DNA of 64,000 bases from assembly GCA_963813155.1 (NCBI GenBank), contig CAWEYG010000001.1:256001-320000 (forward strand), given 5' to 3'. The translations under genes were made by a program, and so were the position numbers. Under the pieces are notes generated by a model, which made no database searches, was not told where the DNA came from, and was given only the letters and a program-made list of their open reading frames with translations. The DNA is from an uncultured Acidobacteriota bacterium (GTDB lineage: Bacteria > Acidobacteriota > Thermoanaerobaculia > UBA5066 > DATFVB01). Shown one piece after another: positions 29,100 through 40,773 of this stretch. Positions within the stretch are counted from its first letter, which is position 1; every line of letters begins with the position of its first letter.

Positions 29100-30191
29100 A
29101 TGGCACAGATCAAACCGGTCCCCGGCTCCCCCGCAAACCCCGTTCTCACCGAAAAGATGCGCGCGATCGAAACGGCGCTCAGCCAGATCGACCGCCAGTA
29201 CGGCAAGGGCGCGATCATGCGCCTCGGCGACCATCCCCCCGTGCTGATCTCCGTGATCCCGACCGGCTCGATCGCGGTCGACGCCGCGCTCGGCGTCGGC
29301 GGCGTGCCGCGCGGGCGCGTCGTGGAGATCTTCGGCCCGGAATCGTCCGGAAAAACGACCCTTTCGCTCCAGATCGTCGCCCAGGCGCAGAAGCGCGGCG
29401 GCATCGCCGCCTTCATCGACGCGGAGCACGCGATGGACGCCGAGTACGCGAAGAAGCTCGGAGTCGACACCGACAACCTCTTCGTCTCGCAGCCCGACTC
29501 CGGAGAGCAGGCGCTCGAGATCACCGAGATGCTGATCCGCTCCGGAGCGATCGACGTCGTCGTGATCGACTCGGTCGCGGCGCTCGTTCCGAAGGCCGAG
29601 CTCGAAGGCGAGATGGGCGAGGCTCAGATGGGGCTTCAGGCGCGGTTGATGTCGCAGGCCCTTCGAAAGTTGACCGCGATCGTCTCGAAGTCGAACACGT
29701 GCCTGATCTTCATCAACCAGATCCGCGAGAAGATCGGCGTGATGTTCGGCAACCCCGAGACGACGACCGGCGGCCGCGCGCTCAAGTTCTATTCCTCCGT
29801 CCGCATCGACATTCGCCGCATCGCCTCGATCAAAGACGGCGAGACCGTCGTCGGGTCGCGAACGAAGGTCAAGATCGTCAAGAACAAGGTCGCTTCGCCT
29901 TTCCGGCAGGCGGAGTTCGACATCAACTACGGAGAAGGAATCTCCCGCGGCGGCGAGCTCCTCGATCTCGGAACGGAGGCGAAACTCGTCGAGAAATCGG
30001 GATCGTGGCTTTCGTACGGCGATCTGCGAATCGGCCAGGGACGGGAGAATGCGAAGCAGTTCCTGAAGGAGAATCCGGACATCGCCACCGAGCTCGAGAA
30101 AAAGATTCGCGAGCACCTCGGTCTCTCGCCCCTTCCCCCGGCCCTCGCGCCGGCGCCCGAACCGGCGGACAAGGACGCAAAAAAGAAATAA
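29100..30191 (+). CDS. recA: Recombinase RecA
   Basis: [63 protein letters not shown]. Confidence 0.99.
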   Translation: MAQIKPVPGSPANPVLTEKMRAIETALSQIDRQYGKGAIMRLGDHPPVLISVIPTGSIAVDAALGVGGVPRGRVVEIFGPESSGKTTLSLQIVAQAQKRGGIAAFIDAEHAMDAEYAKKLGVDTDNLFVSQPDSGEQALEITEMLIRSGAIDVVVIDSVAALVPKAELEGEMGEAQMGLQARLMSQALRKLTAIVSKSNTCLIFINQIREKIGVMFGNPETTTGGRALKFYSSVRIDIRRIASIKDGETVVGSRTKVKIVKNKVASPFRQAEFDINYGEGISRGGELLDLGTEAKLVEKSGSWLSYGDLRIGQGRENAKQFLKENPDIATELEKKIREHLGLSPLPPALAPAPEPADKDAKKK

Positions 30192-30243
30192 ACGCCGGAG
30201 CCCCCTTGTTCGTAATAACCATTGAGATCTCCTCAGTTCTCAG

Positions 30244-30272
30244 CCCCGCGGCCGAAAGGCCGCGGGGTTTTT
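30244..30272 (+). terminator. Rho-independent terminator after recA
   Basis: CCCCGCGGCC-GAAA-GGCCGCGGGG followed by TTTTT. Confidence 0.88.
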
Positions 30273-30335
30273 CGTTTTCGGGAAGGTGCTGAAAAGACTA
30301 GGGAATCGGCGCAAATTCTGAAAAGATGGGCTCAG

Positions 30336-33179
30336 ATGGCTCGCGCTCGTCCAAGAATCCTCGCCCTCGCGATCCTGAGCCTTCTCTTCCACCTTCCCCG
30401 GCCGGCCGGCGCGCAACCGATACGGGTGGGCGTGTTCGTCTCCGGGCCGGCCCGGTGGTCGGTCCCGGCGGGCAAGAACGCCCCGATGGCCGCGATTCCC
30501 GTGTCGTGGCCTCTTCCCGCCGATCCCCCCGGCTCTCCCGCCCTCGATCCCGGTCCTTCTCGAGATCCGTCTCTCCGATCCTGCGTCCGATGTCGGCGAT
30601 GCCGACCTCGACCGGTTCGTCGGCCTTCTCAAGGAGCACTCGAACGTCGAGTTCGTTTCGATCGGAAGTTTCGCTTCTCCGGACGACGAGAAACGCTGGG
30701 CCTATCTCGCGAAGCGAATCGGATCGGCCGCCCGCGGCGCCCGGCCGGCGATCAAGGTCGGCCTCGCCACCGAATCCGATTCTCCGGGGACGGGGACGCT
30801 GCTTCGGGCTCTCGCGGAAGATTCGGAAGCGGCGCCGTATTTCGACGCGTTCCTCCTCGAGGGCGCCGCGAAGGGGCTCGCGGCGGGCATCCCGACGGCC
30901 GCTCCCGGGGTAGGAGCTCTGGTGCGCGACGGGAACCGGCGCGGATTCGGCGGAGAGCGCGCTGGACCGGCTGATCGGCTCGTTCTCCGAGCTCCGGGGC
31001 GCCATCGTTCTGCTCGCCCGAAGCGCCGAGCCGGCGGCCCTCTTCGAGACCGAGACGCGGGTGCAGGCGTACTTCACCGACGACGTCTCGCGGGAGCCCG
31101 CTTCCGCCGCCGCGGTTCGCCCGGACGGTTCGACCGTTCCGGTCGCAAGCTTCTTCCGGGCAAAGGACCTGTCGCCGATCCGTTTCCTCGAAAAGGGACC
31201 CGCCACGGAGACTCTCGACTTCGGCGCGGGAAGTTATCAAACGGCGCGCGTTCAGAACCTCTCCAACGGCGCCCGCCGCAACTTCGAGATCCCTCCCGGC
31301 GCAAAATCGCTCGCGCTCGACACGACCCGGGGCGCCCTCGCGGTCGAGCTCGTCCCCTCTGCGCCGCGTTCCGGCGAAACCCGCTCCCAGGTCACCGTCG
31401 GCGGGCAACACTCGCTGACGGCCGAAGAGGTCATCGCGAAGGAGCGCGCCTGGAAGGCGGCCCAGGACGATCTCGTGAAGTCGTACGCGGCCGATCTCAC
31501 GACGTCGCTTCGATTCCGCGTCGCGGAGGTCAACGAAACCTTCGATCTGACGATCCAGGGGCCGCTCTTCAAACAGAGGGGACAGGATTTCGACTGGGCG
31601 TGGAACGAGTTCTTTGTCAACGGGATCCGGTGGAAAGGAAAGACGCTTCCGAAGATCCCCATCCTTCAGCCGGAGAAAGTCACGACACTTCCTCTCGAAA
31701 TCGAGCTCACGGAAGACTACGTGTACTCGCTCGCCGGGCGGACCGTCATCGACGGCCGCTCCGCGTACGAAATCGACTTCTCGCCGAAGTCCGGAACGGG
31801 TGAGAAGCCGATGTACAAGGGAAGGGCCTGGATCGACGATCAGACGTTCGCGCTGCTGCGCCGCCGCTCGGTTCAGCAGAACCTGAAGGGTGAGACGCTT
31901 TCCAACGTCGAGACGGAATTTTACCGGCCGGTGCCCGGGGGCAACGGCGCCGTCCTTCCGATCGAGATCAAGGGCGAAGAGGTCTTCTCGACCGCCGGAC
32001 GAACGACGGCCGTCGAACGCGCCGTCGTGATGAAGCACGTTCGCATCAACCCGGCGGACTTCGATCAGAAGAGGGAACGAAGTCTATGCCTCGCAGCGGC
32101 AAATGGTGCGCGACACGGACAGGGGACTGAAATACCTTCTTCCCGATCCCGCGCATCCCGGCGGGCGCGTGGTCGAGGAGTACGTTTCGAAAAAGAGCCT
32201 GTTCGGCGCCGCCGGCGCCTTCTACGACGGATCGCTCTCGTACCCCGTCCCCCTGCTCGGGATCCAGTACTTCAATTTCGACCTCTTCAAAACGGGCAAG
32301 CAGATCTCGACGTTCTTCGCGGGGGCTGTTCTCACGACGAACTACACCGATCCGGCGTTCCTCGGCTCGCGGTTCGACCTCGGCGCCGACGTCTTCGCGT
32401 TCGCAATCCCGTTCGGCGACGCGTCGTATCGGAACGGAAAAGAAGTCAAGAGCGAGCGGCTCAAGCACGTGCCGGCCGTGTTTCAGATCAACGCCGGCCA
32501 CCCGCTCGGGCCGTATCTCAAGGCGTCGCTCGGGATCTTCGCGAAATGGGACGACTACCAGCGCGATCCCGACACAGACCACGACTTCGTCACGCCCGCC
32601 GACACGTTCACGTTCGGCGAAGAGCTCAAGCTCACCTCGAACATCAGCGGCTTCGCCGCGACGCTCGACTACTCGAGATTTCACCGCGACGACTGGCCGT
32701 TCTGGGGGATCCCCGGAACATCGGAGTACGAGCCGTCGCAGCGCGATTACGAGAAGTGGTCGGCACAGGTCTCGAAGGACTACTACTTCTCGGGGTTCCG
32801 GAAGATTCACGCAGCGCTCACGTACCTCTCCGGCTCGGACCTCGACCGCTTCTCGCGATACGAGTTCGGAGCGTTCTCCGGAAATCCTCTGCGCGGCTAC
32901 CAGAGCGGGGCGCTGCGAACGAAGCAGGCGTGGATCATGAACCTCTCGTACGGGCTGAACATCGAGAACATCATCCGCCTCGAAGCGCTCTACGACCAGG
33001 CGATCCTGAACGACGAGGTCTCCGGGTTCCACCACCAGTACTATTCGGGCGTCGGGATCTCCGGGCAGTTGAACGGTCCCTGGAACAACTCGCTCGTGCG
33101 ATTCGACGTCGGAGTGCCCGCCGTCTCGCACGGCATCCACGGAGTGTCCGGTTCGGTGCTCCTGCTGAAGCTCTTCTAG
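30336..33179 (+). CDS. Large exported, probably outer-membrane hypothetical protein (~950 aa; three apparent +1 frameshifts near 30552, 30934, 32075)
   Basis: Signal peptide MARARPRILALAILSLL...AGA; central LolA/RseB-like strand segment (YKGRAWIDDQTFAL); C-terminal amphipathic strands ending LLKLF. Confidence 0.7.
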
Positions 33180-33183
33180 CCGG

Positions 33184-34086
33184 CTAGTCGGCCTCCATCA
33201 GCTTCGTCTCGAGCACGAGCGAAGGACTGAATTTCTCGATCCGAAGGTAGAACTCCGCGGCCTGGTACAGAGCCTCGGCGGGCGTCAGGCCCACGATCTC
33301 GCTTCCGACGACGTTGACTCCGTATCGCGCCGCCTCCGACTTCACGCACTCGAAGACGCGGTGGAGAGGGGTTTTCCGGAAATTCGTCATGTTGATCGAG
33401 ACCTGGACGATGCCGCGATCCTTCAGCTCGACCCCCATCGCCTTGCAGTATCGAAAGCCGCCTCCGAGATGGCGTATCGAGCGCGCGATCGTGTCGGCCA
33501 CGGAGAAATCCGCCGTCCCGAGGTTGATGTTGTAAGCGATGAGGGGCATCCGGGCCCCGACGACGGTCGCCCCGGCCGTCGGATGCGGGCGGTCGGGCCC
33601 GAAGTCGGGCTTCCACCCCGGCGCCCGCATTTTCTCGCCGAGGCCTTCGAACTCTCCCTTTCGGATGTTCGAAAGGTTACGCCTCTCCTCCAGCGTCGCG
33701 GCGTCCTCGTACAGGTAGATCGGAATCCCGAACCGCCGGGCGGCCTCCTCGCCAACGACCCGGGCGATCGCGACGCAGTCGGCGGCGGTCGCGCCTCGGA
33801 TCGGGATGAAGGGGACGACGTCGACAGCGCCGATTCTCGGGTGCTGGCCGGAGTGCGTCGTCAGGTCGATCCTCGCGATCGCCGCCTCCATCACGGCGAG
33901 CGCCCCCCGGCCGATGGACTCGGAGTCTCCGACCATCGTCAGAACGCTCCGGTTGTGGTCCGCATCCGAGGTGAGATCGAGGACCTTGACGCCGGCGACG
34001 GCGCGAGCGGCCTCGGCGATCGCGGCGATCTTTTCCGGGTCGCGCCCTTCGGAGAAGTTCGGCACACATTCGACGATCTGCTTCAA
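33184..34086 (-). CDS. ftcD: Glutamate formimidoyltransferase (stand-alone FT domain)
   Basis: IVECVPNFSEGR, DADHNRSV, HSGQHPRIGAVDVVPF, PDFGP, VQVSINM. TTG start 34086. Confidence 0.93.
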   Translation of the reverse strand: MKQIVECVPNFSEGRDPEKIAAIAEAARAVAGVKVLDLTSDADHNRSVLTMVGDSESIGRGALAVMEAAIARIDLTTHSGQHPRIGAVDVVPFIPIRGATAADCVAIARVVGEEAARRFGIPIYLYEDAATLEERRNLSNIRKGEFEGLGEKMRAPGWKPDFGPDRPHPTAGATVVGARMPLIAYNINLGTADFSVADTIARSIRHLGGGFRYCKAMGVELKDRGIVQVSINMTNFRKTPLHRVFECVKSEAARYGVNVVGSEIVGLTPAEALYQAAEFYLRIEKFSPSLVLETKLMEAD

Positions 34087-34122
34087 TTTCCCACCTCGCT
34101 TTGTTATCCTCTTCCTGACCTT

Positions 34123-36171
34123 ATGGCCGACAATATCGCTTATCCGGGCAATCCGTCGCTCCCGAAGGAAGTGCGGGACAAGATCCTTTCGACGTTCCGG
34201 CATTCTCTCGGCCTCTACGGCGAGGGAAAAACGGTGGATTGCGCCGTGGGATGCGAGTTCATCCTGAAAATGGATCCCCGGTTCGGGCCCGCGAAGAAAC
34301 TGCTCGAGAAAGCCCGCAATCCGGCCGCCGACGTCGACGTCGCGGAGTTGCAGAGCTCTCTCGGCGAGGAGGTTGCCGCGCCCGGGAATCTCGGGGACGA
34401 AGCTCCCGACAAGCTCCTCATCTCGGCGATCGAAGCGTTCGCCGACCGGAATTTCGACACGGCGATCGAGAACGCGAACCGCGTCCTCGCAGCGCTTCCG
34501 GGCAACAACGACGCCCGCGAGATTCTGGAGAAGGCGCGGCGCAAGCGGGACCTTCAGCCGCACGTGGAAAACTTCCGCCAGCGCGCGCTCTTCGCGCTCG
34601 AGTCGGGCCAGGTCGAGGAAGCGCGGCTCAACTTCGAACGAATGCGCAACCTCGATCCCGAGCACCCGGAAGTCGAAAAGCTCGCGGCACGGCTCGAAGG
34701 AGGCGGCGCTTCCGCGGCAATTCCGATTTCGCCGCCCGCCATGGAGGAGTCCGAGTTTCGTTTCGACCTCAGCGAGCCCGGAACGGCCCCGGTCGAACCG
34801 TTTCGGCCCTCGGCCGGATCCGGCGCGCCGGCAACGGGAATCGAGGGTCTCGATCTCGGCCCCCTCGCCGAAAGCCCACCCCTTTCGGAATGGGCTCCGA
34901 TTTCGGACGCGGCCCCTCCCCCGTCGTTCGGACAATCCTCGACGGCGGAAGCCCCGCAGCCGAACTTCGCGGACCTGTGGAGCCCGGAGCCCCCCGCGTC
35001 CGCTTCGGGATCGCCCGGAGCGACGAGCCCGGACGAAATTGCCCGGCTGTTGCGGGAGGGCGACGAGCTTTCGTCCCGAAACCCCCAGGCGGCCATCGAG
35101 ACCTGGTCCCGGATCTTTCTGCTCGATCTGGGGAACGCCGACGCGACGACGAGAATCGAGAACGCGCGATCGAAGCTCGCGGAAACGAACCGGCGCGTTT
35201 CGGACGCCCTCAAGACGGGACGATCCCTCTACGACGGCGGTCAGCTGAAAGAGGCGCGGGAGAAATTTCTCGAGGTCCTCGCAATCGACGAGAACGAGCC
35301 CACCGCCCGGTCGTTCCTCCAGCGCATCGAGAACGACATGTCGCGGCCCCAGGGCTCCTACGACCTTTCCCTCACCTCGCCGCGCGGCGACGTGCTGGAC
35401 GACGACGAGTTGTCGCCGAGGGAAGCGCCCGCCGCAGCTTTCTCCGCCGACCGCGCCGAACGAGAGCCGCCGGCGGCGAAACGGCGCAAGTCCTGGCTTC
35501 CGCTCGGGGCGGGCGCCGCGCTCGTGATCGCGATCGGCGCGGGCCTCTACTTCGTGCTCCGTCCGGGGCAAACGGCGCCGCCCCCTGAATCGGCCAGACC
35601 CCTGCCGAAACGCCGGGCCGAGGTGCCGCCATCGGCCGAGCCCGCCCCCGTGTCGCCGGGTACCGGCTCGACAGCGATCCCTGTTCCGAACGCTCCGCCT
35701 CCCGGAGCGGACGCCAAGCGCGCCGAGGCGGAGGCCGCGCTCGCCGGGCACCATTACATCGCGGCCCTCACGGCGTTCAATCTGTGCGCGTCCGCTTATC
35801 CGGCCGACCCCGGGTTTCGACAGGAAATGGGCCAGGCGGCCGATCGCGTCGGCGAGATTTCCCCCGCGGTCAAGCTCTACAACGACGGCGATTACGAGAC
35901 CGCCCTGCCGATCCTGTGGCGGCTGAACCAGGCCGATCACCAGAACGAAGACGTCCGGTCGTATCTCGTCCGGGCCTATTACAACCTCGGCGTCCTCAAC
36001 CTCCAGAACAGCTTCTTCGACAAGGCGTCGCGTTCCTTCGCGGACGCGCTCGGCGTCGACCCCAACGACGCGCTGGCGAAAAGGCAGAAGGCGTTCGCCG
36101 ACCGGTACATGAAGAAACCGCCCGATCTTCTCGCGCGAATTTACGTGAAGTACCTCCGGCCCCGCCCATGA
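34123..36171 (+). CDS. TPR-repeat single-pass membrane protein
   Basis: TPR-like repeats, Pro/acidic linkers, TM LPLGAGAALVIAIGAGLYFVL, C-terminal TPRs (RAYYNLGV). Confidence 0.75.
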   Translation: MADNIAYPGNPSLPKEVRDKILSTFRHSLGLYGEGKTVDCAVGCEFILKMDPRFGPAKKLLEKARNPAADVDVAELQSSLGEEVAAPGNLGDEAPDKLLISAIEAFADRNFDTAIENANRVLAALPGNNDAREILEKARRKRDLQPHVENFRQRALFALESGQVEEARLNFERMRNLDPEHPEVEKLAARLEGGGASAAIPISPPAMEESEFRFDLSEPGTAPVEPFRPSAGSGAPATGIEGLDLGPLAESPPLSEWAPISDAAPPPSFGQSSTAEAPQPNFADLWSPEPPASASGSPGATSPDEIARLLREGDELSSRNPQAAIETWSRIFLLDLGNADATTRIENARSKLAETNRRVSDALKTGRSLYDGGQLKEAREKFLEVLAIDENEPTARSFLQRIENDMSRPQGSYDLSLTSPRGDVLDDDELSPREAPAAAFSADRAEREPPAAKRRKSWLPLGAGAALVIAIGAGLYFVLRPGQTAPPPESARPLPKRRAEVPPSAEPAPVSPGTGSTAIPVPNAPPPGADAKRAEAEAALAGHHYIAALTAFNLCASAYPADPGFRQEMGQAADRVGEISPAVKLYNDGDYETALPILWRLNQADHQNEDVRSYLVRAYYNLGVLNLQNSFFDKASRSFADALGVDPNDALAKRQKAFADRYMKKPPDLLARIYVKYLRPRP

Positions 36172-36794
36172 CGGAAGACGAGGATCTCGAGCTTCGCCTT
36201 TCGGCCGAGGCCGAGCCGGACCCGCTCGATCGCGTTCTCATCCAGCGACCGGGGGATCTTTTCCCGTCCGCCGATCTGGATCGGCGCCGGATGTCGGGCG
36301 AGCCGGCGGAATCTTCGTCCCTCTTTCCGCGCGAGGACGAGCCGTCTCCCCCGGCGACGGCGAATCTTTCGCCGGATCGCGCCGCTCCGATGGCGGGGCG
36401 CGCGCGGGCATTCGGCACGGATGCGCTGCTGTGCAGCCTCGTGGGCGTCGGGGCATTTCTCGGGGCGGCGGCAAGCGTGCAGCGGACTCCGTCCGCGCAA
36501 TCCTGGATCTGGTGCGTCCTGTTCACCCTTCAGGTCTCGTTCTTCCTCTGCGTGCCGTCGCTCGTTCTCTTCGGGAAGACGCCGGGAATGGCCCTCGCGG
36601 ACCTGACCGTCGAGCGGGAGGACGGCGAAAAGCCGTCGATCTCCGCCGCGGCGCGTCGCTGGCTTCTCGCCGTCGTGACCGCCGCCCTGGCCGGGCTTCC
36701 GCTCCTCACGATCGCGTTCGATCGCCGCCGCCGCACTCCCGCGGATCTCGCGTCCGGATGGCCTCTTCGCCCTTTGCCGGAGTCCCTGCGCTGA
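36168..36794 (+). CDS. RDD-family membrane protein
   Basis: RARAFGTD, GKTPGMALADL, AARRW, RRTPADLAS. ATGA overlap. Confidence 0.8.
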   Translation: MTEDEDLELRLSAEAEPDPLDRVLIQRPGDLFPSADLDRRRMSGEPAESSSLFPREDEPSPPATANLSPDRAAPMAGRARAFGTDALLCSLVGVGAFLGAAASVQRTPSAQSWIWCVLFTLQVSFFLCVPSLVLFGKTPGMALADLTVEREDGEKPSISAAARRWLLAVVTAALAGLPLLTIAFDRRRRTPADLASGWPLRPLPESLR

Positions 36795-37477
36795 GCGAGG
36801 GCTCTTCTCGATATGGATGGAAGGCGATTCCCGGCTCTTCCCACGAGATCCTGAGACGCCGGCTTCTCGCGCTTCCCCGCGAAACCGCCGTGCTCGACCT
36901 GGGCGCGGGAAACGGGCACCTCGGCTCCGCCGTGCGCGCCCATGTTTCGCATCTGACGGGAGTCGAGTCGGACCCGGCCGCGGCATCCGCGCCGGCCGCC
37001 GCGGCGTACGACCGCTGGATCACGGCGAGCCTTTCTGCCGAACTTCCCGTCGGGCGCCGGTTCGACGTCATTCTCTGCGCGGACATTCTCGAGCATCTCA
37101 GCGATCCGGATCACCTGCTCGGGGCGGTCCGGGGGTGGATCGAGCCGGGCGGCAAGCTCCTCGTCTCGATTCCCAACGTCGCCAATATCACCGTGCGACT
37201 CGCCATCCTGGCGGGGCGATTCCCGTACTCGGATCGCGGGCTGCTCGACCGCACGCATTTGCGATTCTTCACGCGCCGCTCCGCTCGTCAGCTCGTCGAG
37301 AACTGCGGCTTCGCCGTCGACCGGGTGACCGCGACCGCGATGCCTCTCGAGCTCGCCTGGCCGGTGCTCGGCCGGTTTCCGCTCCGCCCGCTCTTTCGCG
37401 CTTTCACGGTGGCCGCGGCCCGCCTCTGGCCGACGCTTTTCGGCTACCAGTTCGTCATCGAGGCGCACGCCCGGTGA
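36758..37477 (+). CDS. Class I SAM-dependent methyltransferase (alternative CTG start at 36791)
   Basis: VLDLGAGNG, FDVILCADILEHL, VSIPN, GLLDRTHLRFFT. Confidence 0.85.
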   Translation: MASSPFAGVPALSEGSSRYGWKAIPGSSHEILRRRLLALPRETAVLDLGAGNGHLGSAVRAHVSHLTGVESDPAAASAPAAAAYDRWITASLSAELPVGRRFDVILCADILEHLSDPDHLLGAVRGWIEPGGKLLVSIPNVANITVRLAILAGRFPYSDRGLLDRTHLRFFTRRSARQLVENCGFAVDRVTATAMPLELAWPVLGRFPLRPLFRAFTVAAARLWPTLFGYQFVIEAHAR

Positions 37478-38181
37478 ACGTTTCGCTCGTCATCCCCGCC
37501 TACAACGAGGCCGACCGGATACTGCCCTCGATCGCGCGAATCGCGCAATACCTCCGCGAAAAAGGCGAGCTCTGGGAAGTGATCGTCGTCGACGACGGCT
37601 CCCGCGACGGCACCGGTTCTTCCGTCCGAAACGCCGCGAAAGCGAACGGCCTGCCGGTCCGGGTGATCGAGCTTCCCGAGAACCGCGGAAAAGGGGCCGC
37701 CGTCCGCGCCGGCGTTCTCGAGTCCCGCGGCGACTGGGTCCTGATCATGGACGCAGATCTCTCCACCCCGATCGAGGAGTGGGAGAAGCTCCGCGACAGC
37801 GGGGCCCGCGTCGCGATCGGATCGCGAGCCCTCGACGAATCGCTGATCCGGCGCAAGCAGCCGTGGTACCGGCGGACGATGGGAAAGACGTTCAACCGAT
37901 TCGTGCAAATGCTCTCGGTTCGCGGGATCCGGGACACGCAGTGCGGGTTCAAGTGGATCGAAGGAAACCTGGCCCGCGAGCTCTTCGCCCGGGCCCGAAT
38001 CGACCGGTTCGCCTACGACGTCGAGATTCTGTCGATGTGCCGCGGCCTCGGCGTCGAAATCGCGGAGGTGCCGGTCGTCTGGATGAACTCGCCGCAGTCG
38101 AAGGTGTCGGTCGTCTCCGATTCCCTGCGAATGCTTCGCGATCTCGTTCGAATCCGGATTGCTTCGGGCCGGAACCGCTGA
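37474..38181 (+). CDS. GT2 glycosyltransferase, polyprenyl-phosphate glucosyltransferase-like
   Basis: VIPAYNEA, VDDGSRD, NRGKGAAV, DADLS, DTQCGFK, FAYDVE. Confidence 0.9.
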   Translation: MNVSLVIPAYNEADRILPSIARIAQYLREKGELWEVIVVDDGSRDGTGSSVRNAAKANGLPVRVIELPENRGKGAAVRAGVLESRGDWVLIMDADLSTPIEEWEKLRDSGARVAIGSRALDESLIRRKQPWYRRTMGKTFNRFVQMLSVRGIRDTQCGFKWIEGNLARELFARARIDRFAYDVEILSMCRGLGVEIAEVPVVWMNSPQSKVSVVSDSLRMLRDLVRIRIASGRNR

Positions 38182-38183
38182 CG

Positions 38184-39458
38184 CTACTCCGCCAGGTCGA
38201 GGGGAAACTCGTGGCAAAGGTCGGTCACCTGACGACGGACTCTTCGCTGGACCTCCGGATCCGCCAGGGCTGAGAGAACTTCCGAAATCGCGTCGGCGAT
38301 GCGACCCATCTCGCCGGTCTCCATCCCGCGTGTCGTCACGGCCGGAGTGCCGATGCGAACGCCGGAAGCCTTCAGCGGCGGCAGCGGATCGAACGGAATC
38401 GTGTTCTTGTTGACGGTAATCCCCGCTGCGTCGAGCGCCTTCTCGGCGTCCTTTCCGGTGAGGCCCTTCGCCCCGACGTCGATCAGGAAGAGGTGCGTGT
38501 CGGTGCCGCCGGAAACGATCCGCCAGCCGCGTCCCGAAAGCGCGGACGCGAGGGCGCGCGCGTTCTCGACGACGCGGCGCTGGTAATCGCGGAATTCCGG
38601 CGTCGCGGCCTCCAGGAAGCAGACCGCCTTCGCGGCGATGATGTGCTCGAGGGGGCCTCCCTGCACGCCCGGAAAAACGTTGCGGTCGAGGTCTTTTTGC
38701 CTCTCCGATTTGCAGAGAACCATGCCGCCGCGGGGACCCCGAAGGGTCTTGTGGGTCGTCGTCGTCACGAACGGAGCCCGCCCGACGGGCGTCGGATGCA
38801 GCCCGGCCACGATCAGGCCGGCGATGTGGGAGATGTCGCACATGAGAACCGCGCCGATTTCGTCGGCGATATCCGCGAATCTCGCGAAGTCGATCGTGCG
38901 GGAGTAGGCCGAGGCTCCCGCGATGATCAGCTTGGGGCGGTGTTCCCGGGCCTCGCGCGCGAGCTCGTCATAGTCGATTTGCTCATCCTCCTTCCGGACC
39001 CCGTATGCGAAGACCTTGTACTCGCGTCCGGAGAACGAAAGGGGGTGCCCGTGCGTCAAATGGCCCCCGTGGGAAAGGTTCATTCCGAGAATCGCGTCGC
39101 CCGGCGATAGCGCGGTCAGGTAAACCGCCATGTTCGCCTGAGACCCGGAGTGCGGCTGGACGTTCGCGTGCTCGGCTCCGAACAGCGCCTTCGCGCGGTC
39201 GATCGCGAGCGTTTCGACCCGGTCGACGAACTCGCACCCTCCGTAGTAGCGGCGGCCCGGATAGCCCTCGGCGTACTTGTTCGTCAAGACTGAGCCCGCG
39301 GCCTCCCGGACGGCGCGCGACACGAAATTCTCCGAGGCGATCAGCTCCAGGTTGTCGTTCTGGCGGCCAGCCTCGTCGCGAATCGCCGCCGCGACGTCGG
39401 GATCGACCGCGGAGAGCTCGCGGGAGAGAAACGAGAGGGACGTCAGCGTCTTGCTCAT
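38184..39458 (-). CDS. glyA: Serine hydroxymethyltransferase
   Basis: [42 protein letters not shown]. Confidence 0.99.
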   Translation of the reverse strand: MSKTLTSLSFLSRELSAVDPDVAAAIRDEAGRQNDNLELIASENFVSRAVREAAGSVLTNKYAEGYPGRRYYGGCEFVDRVETLAIDRAKALFGAEHANVQPHSGSQANMAVYLTALSPGDAILGMNLSHGGHLTHGHPLSFSGREYKVFAYGVRKEDEQIDYDELAREAREHRPKLIIAGASAYSRTIDFARFADIADEIGAVLMCDISHIAGLIVAGLHPTPVGRAPFVTTTTHKTLRGPRGGMVLCKSERQKDLDRNVFPGVQGGPLEHIIAAKAVCFLEAATPEFRDYQRRVVENARALASALSGRGWRIVSGGTDTHLFLIDVGAKGLTGKDAEKALDAAGITVNKNTIPFDPLPPLKASGVRIGTPAVTTRGMETGEMGRIADAISEVLSALADPEVQRRVRRQVTDLCHEFPLDLAE

Positions 39459-39471
39459 GGCGCAGATCCTT

Positions 39472-40773
39472 TCACAACGCGCCGCGTCCGGGAAAGGCGG
39501 CCGTCAGGTCCTCGAATTCCTGGAGTGCGAACTTGTCGGTCATTCCGGCGATGTGATCCGCGATCGCGCGAAGGAACGCGGGTCGAAATCGATAGCTCTT
39601 GTCCGCCTCGCGGGGTACCTCGGAAAGCGGGATGTCGCGCAGGTAACGAAGCTTCTGGCCCGACGAGTATTGCCGCAGAACGTCGTCCGGAAGGAGCCGG
39701 GGATTGTCGTGAAACGCGAGGAAGAGTCCCCGGACGACGAGCCTCGCCTGGCCGTCGCGCCGGGCGATCGGGAACGAGTGGATGATGTTCCGGTAGACGA
39801 AGTCCTTCAACTCCCGGTACCGGCGAAGGCCCTCCGCCGAAAACGAGACGAGGTCCCCGGGAATGCGGTCCCGGATCTCGTAGAAGCGCCCGGTCGAAGT
39901 GATCCGGTTGCGCTCGATCCAGGCCTGGATCTTCTTGCCGGAAAACGTGATGAGGTCGCCGATCATTTCGTTGTAGAGCCCCCGGATGAGCTCCGCGCGG
40001 CGAAGATCGCGGGAGCCGGGGGTGCCCCGGCGGCCGCGGATCCGGCGCGAAATCTCCAGTTGTTCGATTCTCTCTTCGGCGATCATCGCGACGCCGTCTT
40101 CGAGATCATGGGCCTGTTGCGCGATTTCATCGGACCAATTGACGACCTGCGCCTCCAGCGATCCGCCCGACGAGAGCCGCAGACCTTCCGGGAATTCCAG
40201 GGGAAAGGGATAGTCCTTCTTCCAGAGCGTGTGCTTGAGGATTCCCTCCCTCACCTCGTGGGTAAGGTTCAAGCCCGGGTGCTCGTACCGGTTTTCGAGG
40301 CGATCGACGACCCGGACCGACTGAAAGTTGTGCTTGAACCCTCCCGCCGCTCGCGGAAGCTTCAGGGCCGGGTCTTCCCCGCGCAGCAGGCGGTCGAGGA
40401 CGTACTCGCCCGAGTGGCCGAAAGGGGTGTGGCCGAGATCGTGCCCGAGGGCGATCGCTTCGGTCAGGTCCTCGTTCAACGCGAGCACCCGCGAGACGGA
40501 GCGCGCGATCTGCGAAACTTCCAGCGTGTGGGTGAGCCGGGTGCGAAAGTGATCGCCTTCGAACGGGATGAAGACCTGCGTCTTGTGCTTGAGCCGGCGG
40601 AAAGCCCTCGAATGGAGGAGGCGATCGCGGTCCCTCGCGAACGAGGAGCGAAACGAGTCCTTCGCCTCCTCGTCGGTGCCGTACGGCCGTTCCGCGCGCG
40701 AGCTCTTCGAGGCCGCGACGGAGAGCCGTTCTTCTTCCGCCGCCTCCCAGAGGGATCGGGGAGTCGCCTTCAA
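39472..40773 (-). CDS. dgt: Deoxyguanosinetriphosphate triphosphohydrolase-like HD protein
   Basis: [54 protein letters not shown] overlap. Confidence 0.92.
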   Translation of the reverse strand: MKATPRSLWEAAEEERLSVAASKSSRAERPYGTDEEAKDSFRSSFARDRDRLLHSRAFRRLKHKTQVFIPFEGDHFRTRLTHTLEVSQIARSVSRVLALNEDLTEAIALGHDLGHTPFGHSGEYVLDRLLRGEDPALKLPRAAGGFKHNFQSVRVVDRLENRYEHPGLNLTHEVREGILKHTLWKKDYPFPLEFPEGLRLSSGGSLEAQVVNWSDEIAQQAHDLEDGVAMIAEERIEQLEISRRIRGRRGTPGSRDLRRAELIRGLYNEMIGDLITFSGKKIQAWIERNRITSTGRFYEIRDRIPGDLVSFSAEGLRRYRELKDFVYRNIIHSFPIARRDGQARLVVRGLFLAFHDNPRLLPDDVLRQYSSGQKLRYLRDIPLSEVPREADKSYRFRPAFLRAIADHIAGMTDKFALQEFEDLTAAFPGRGAL

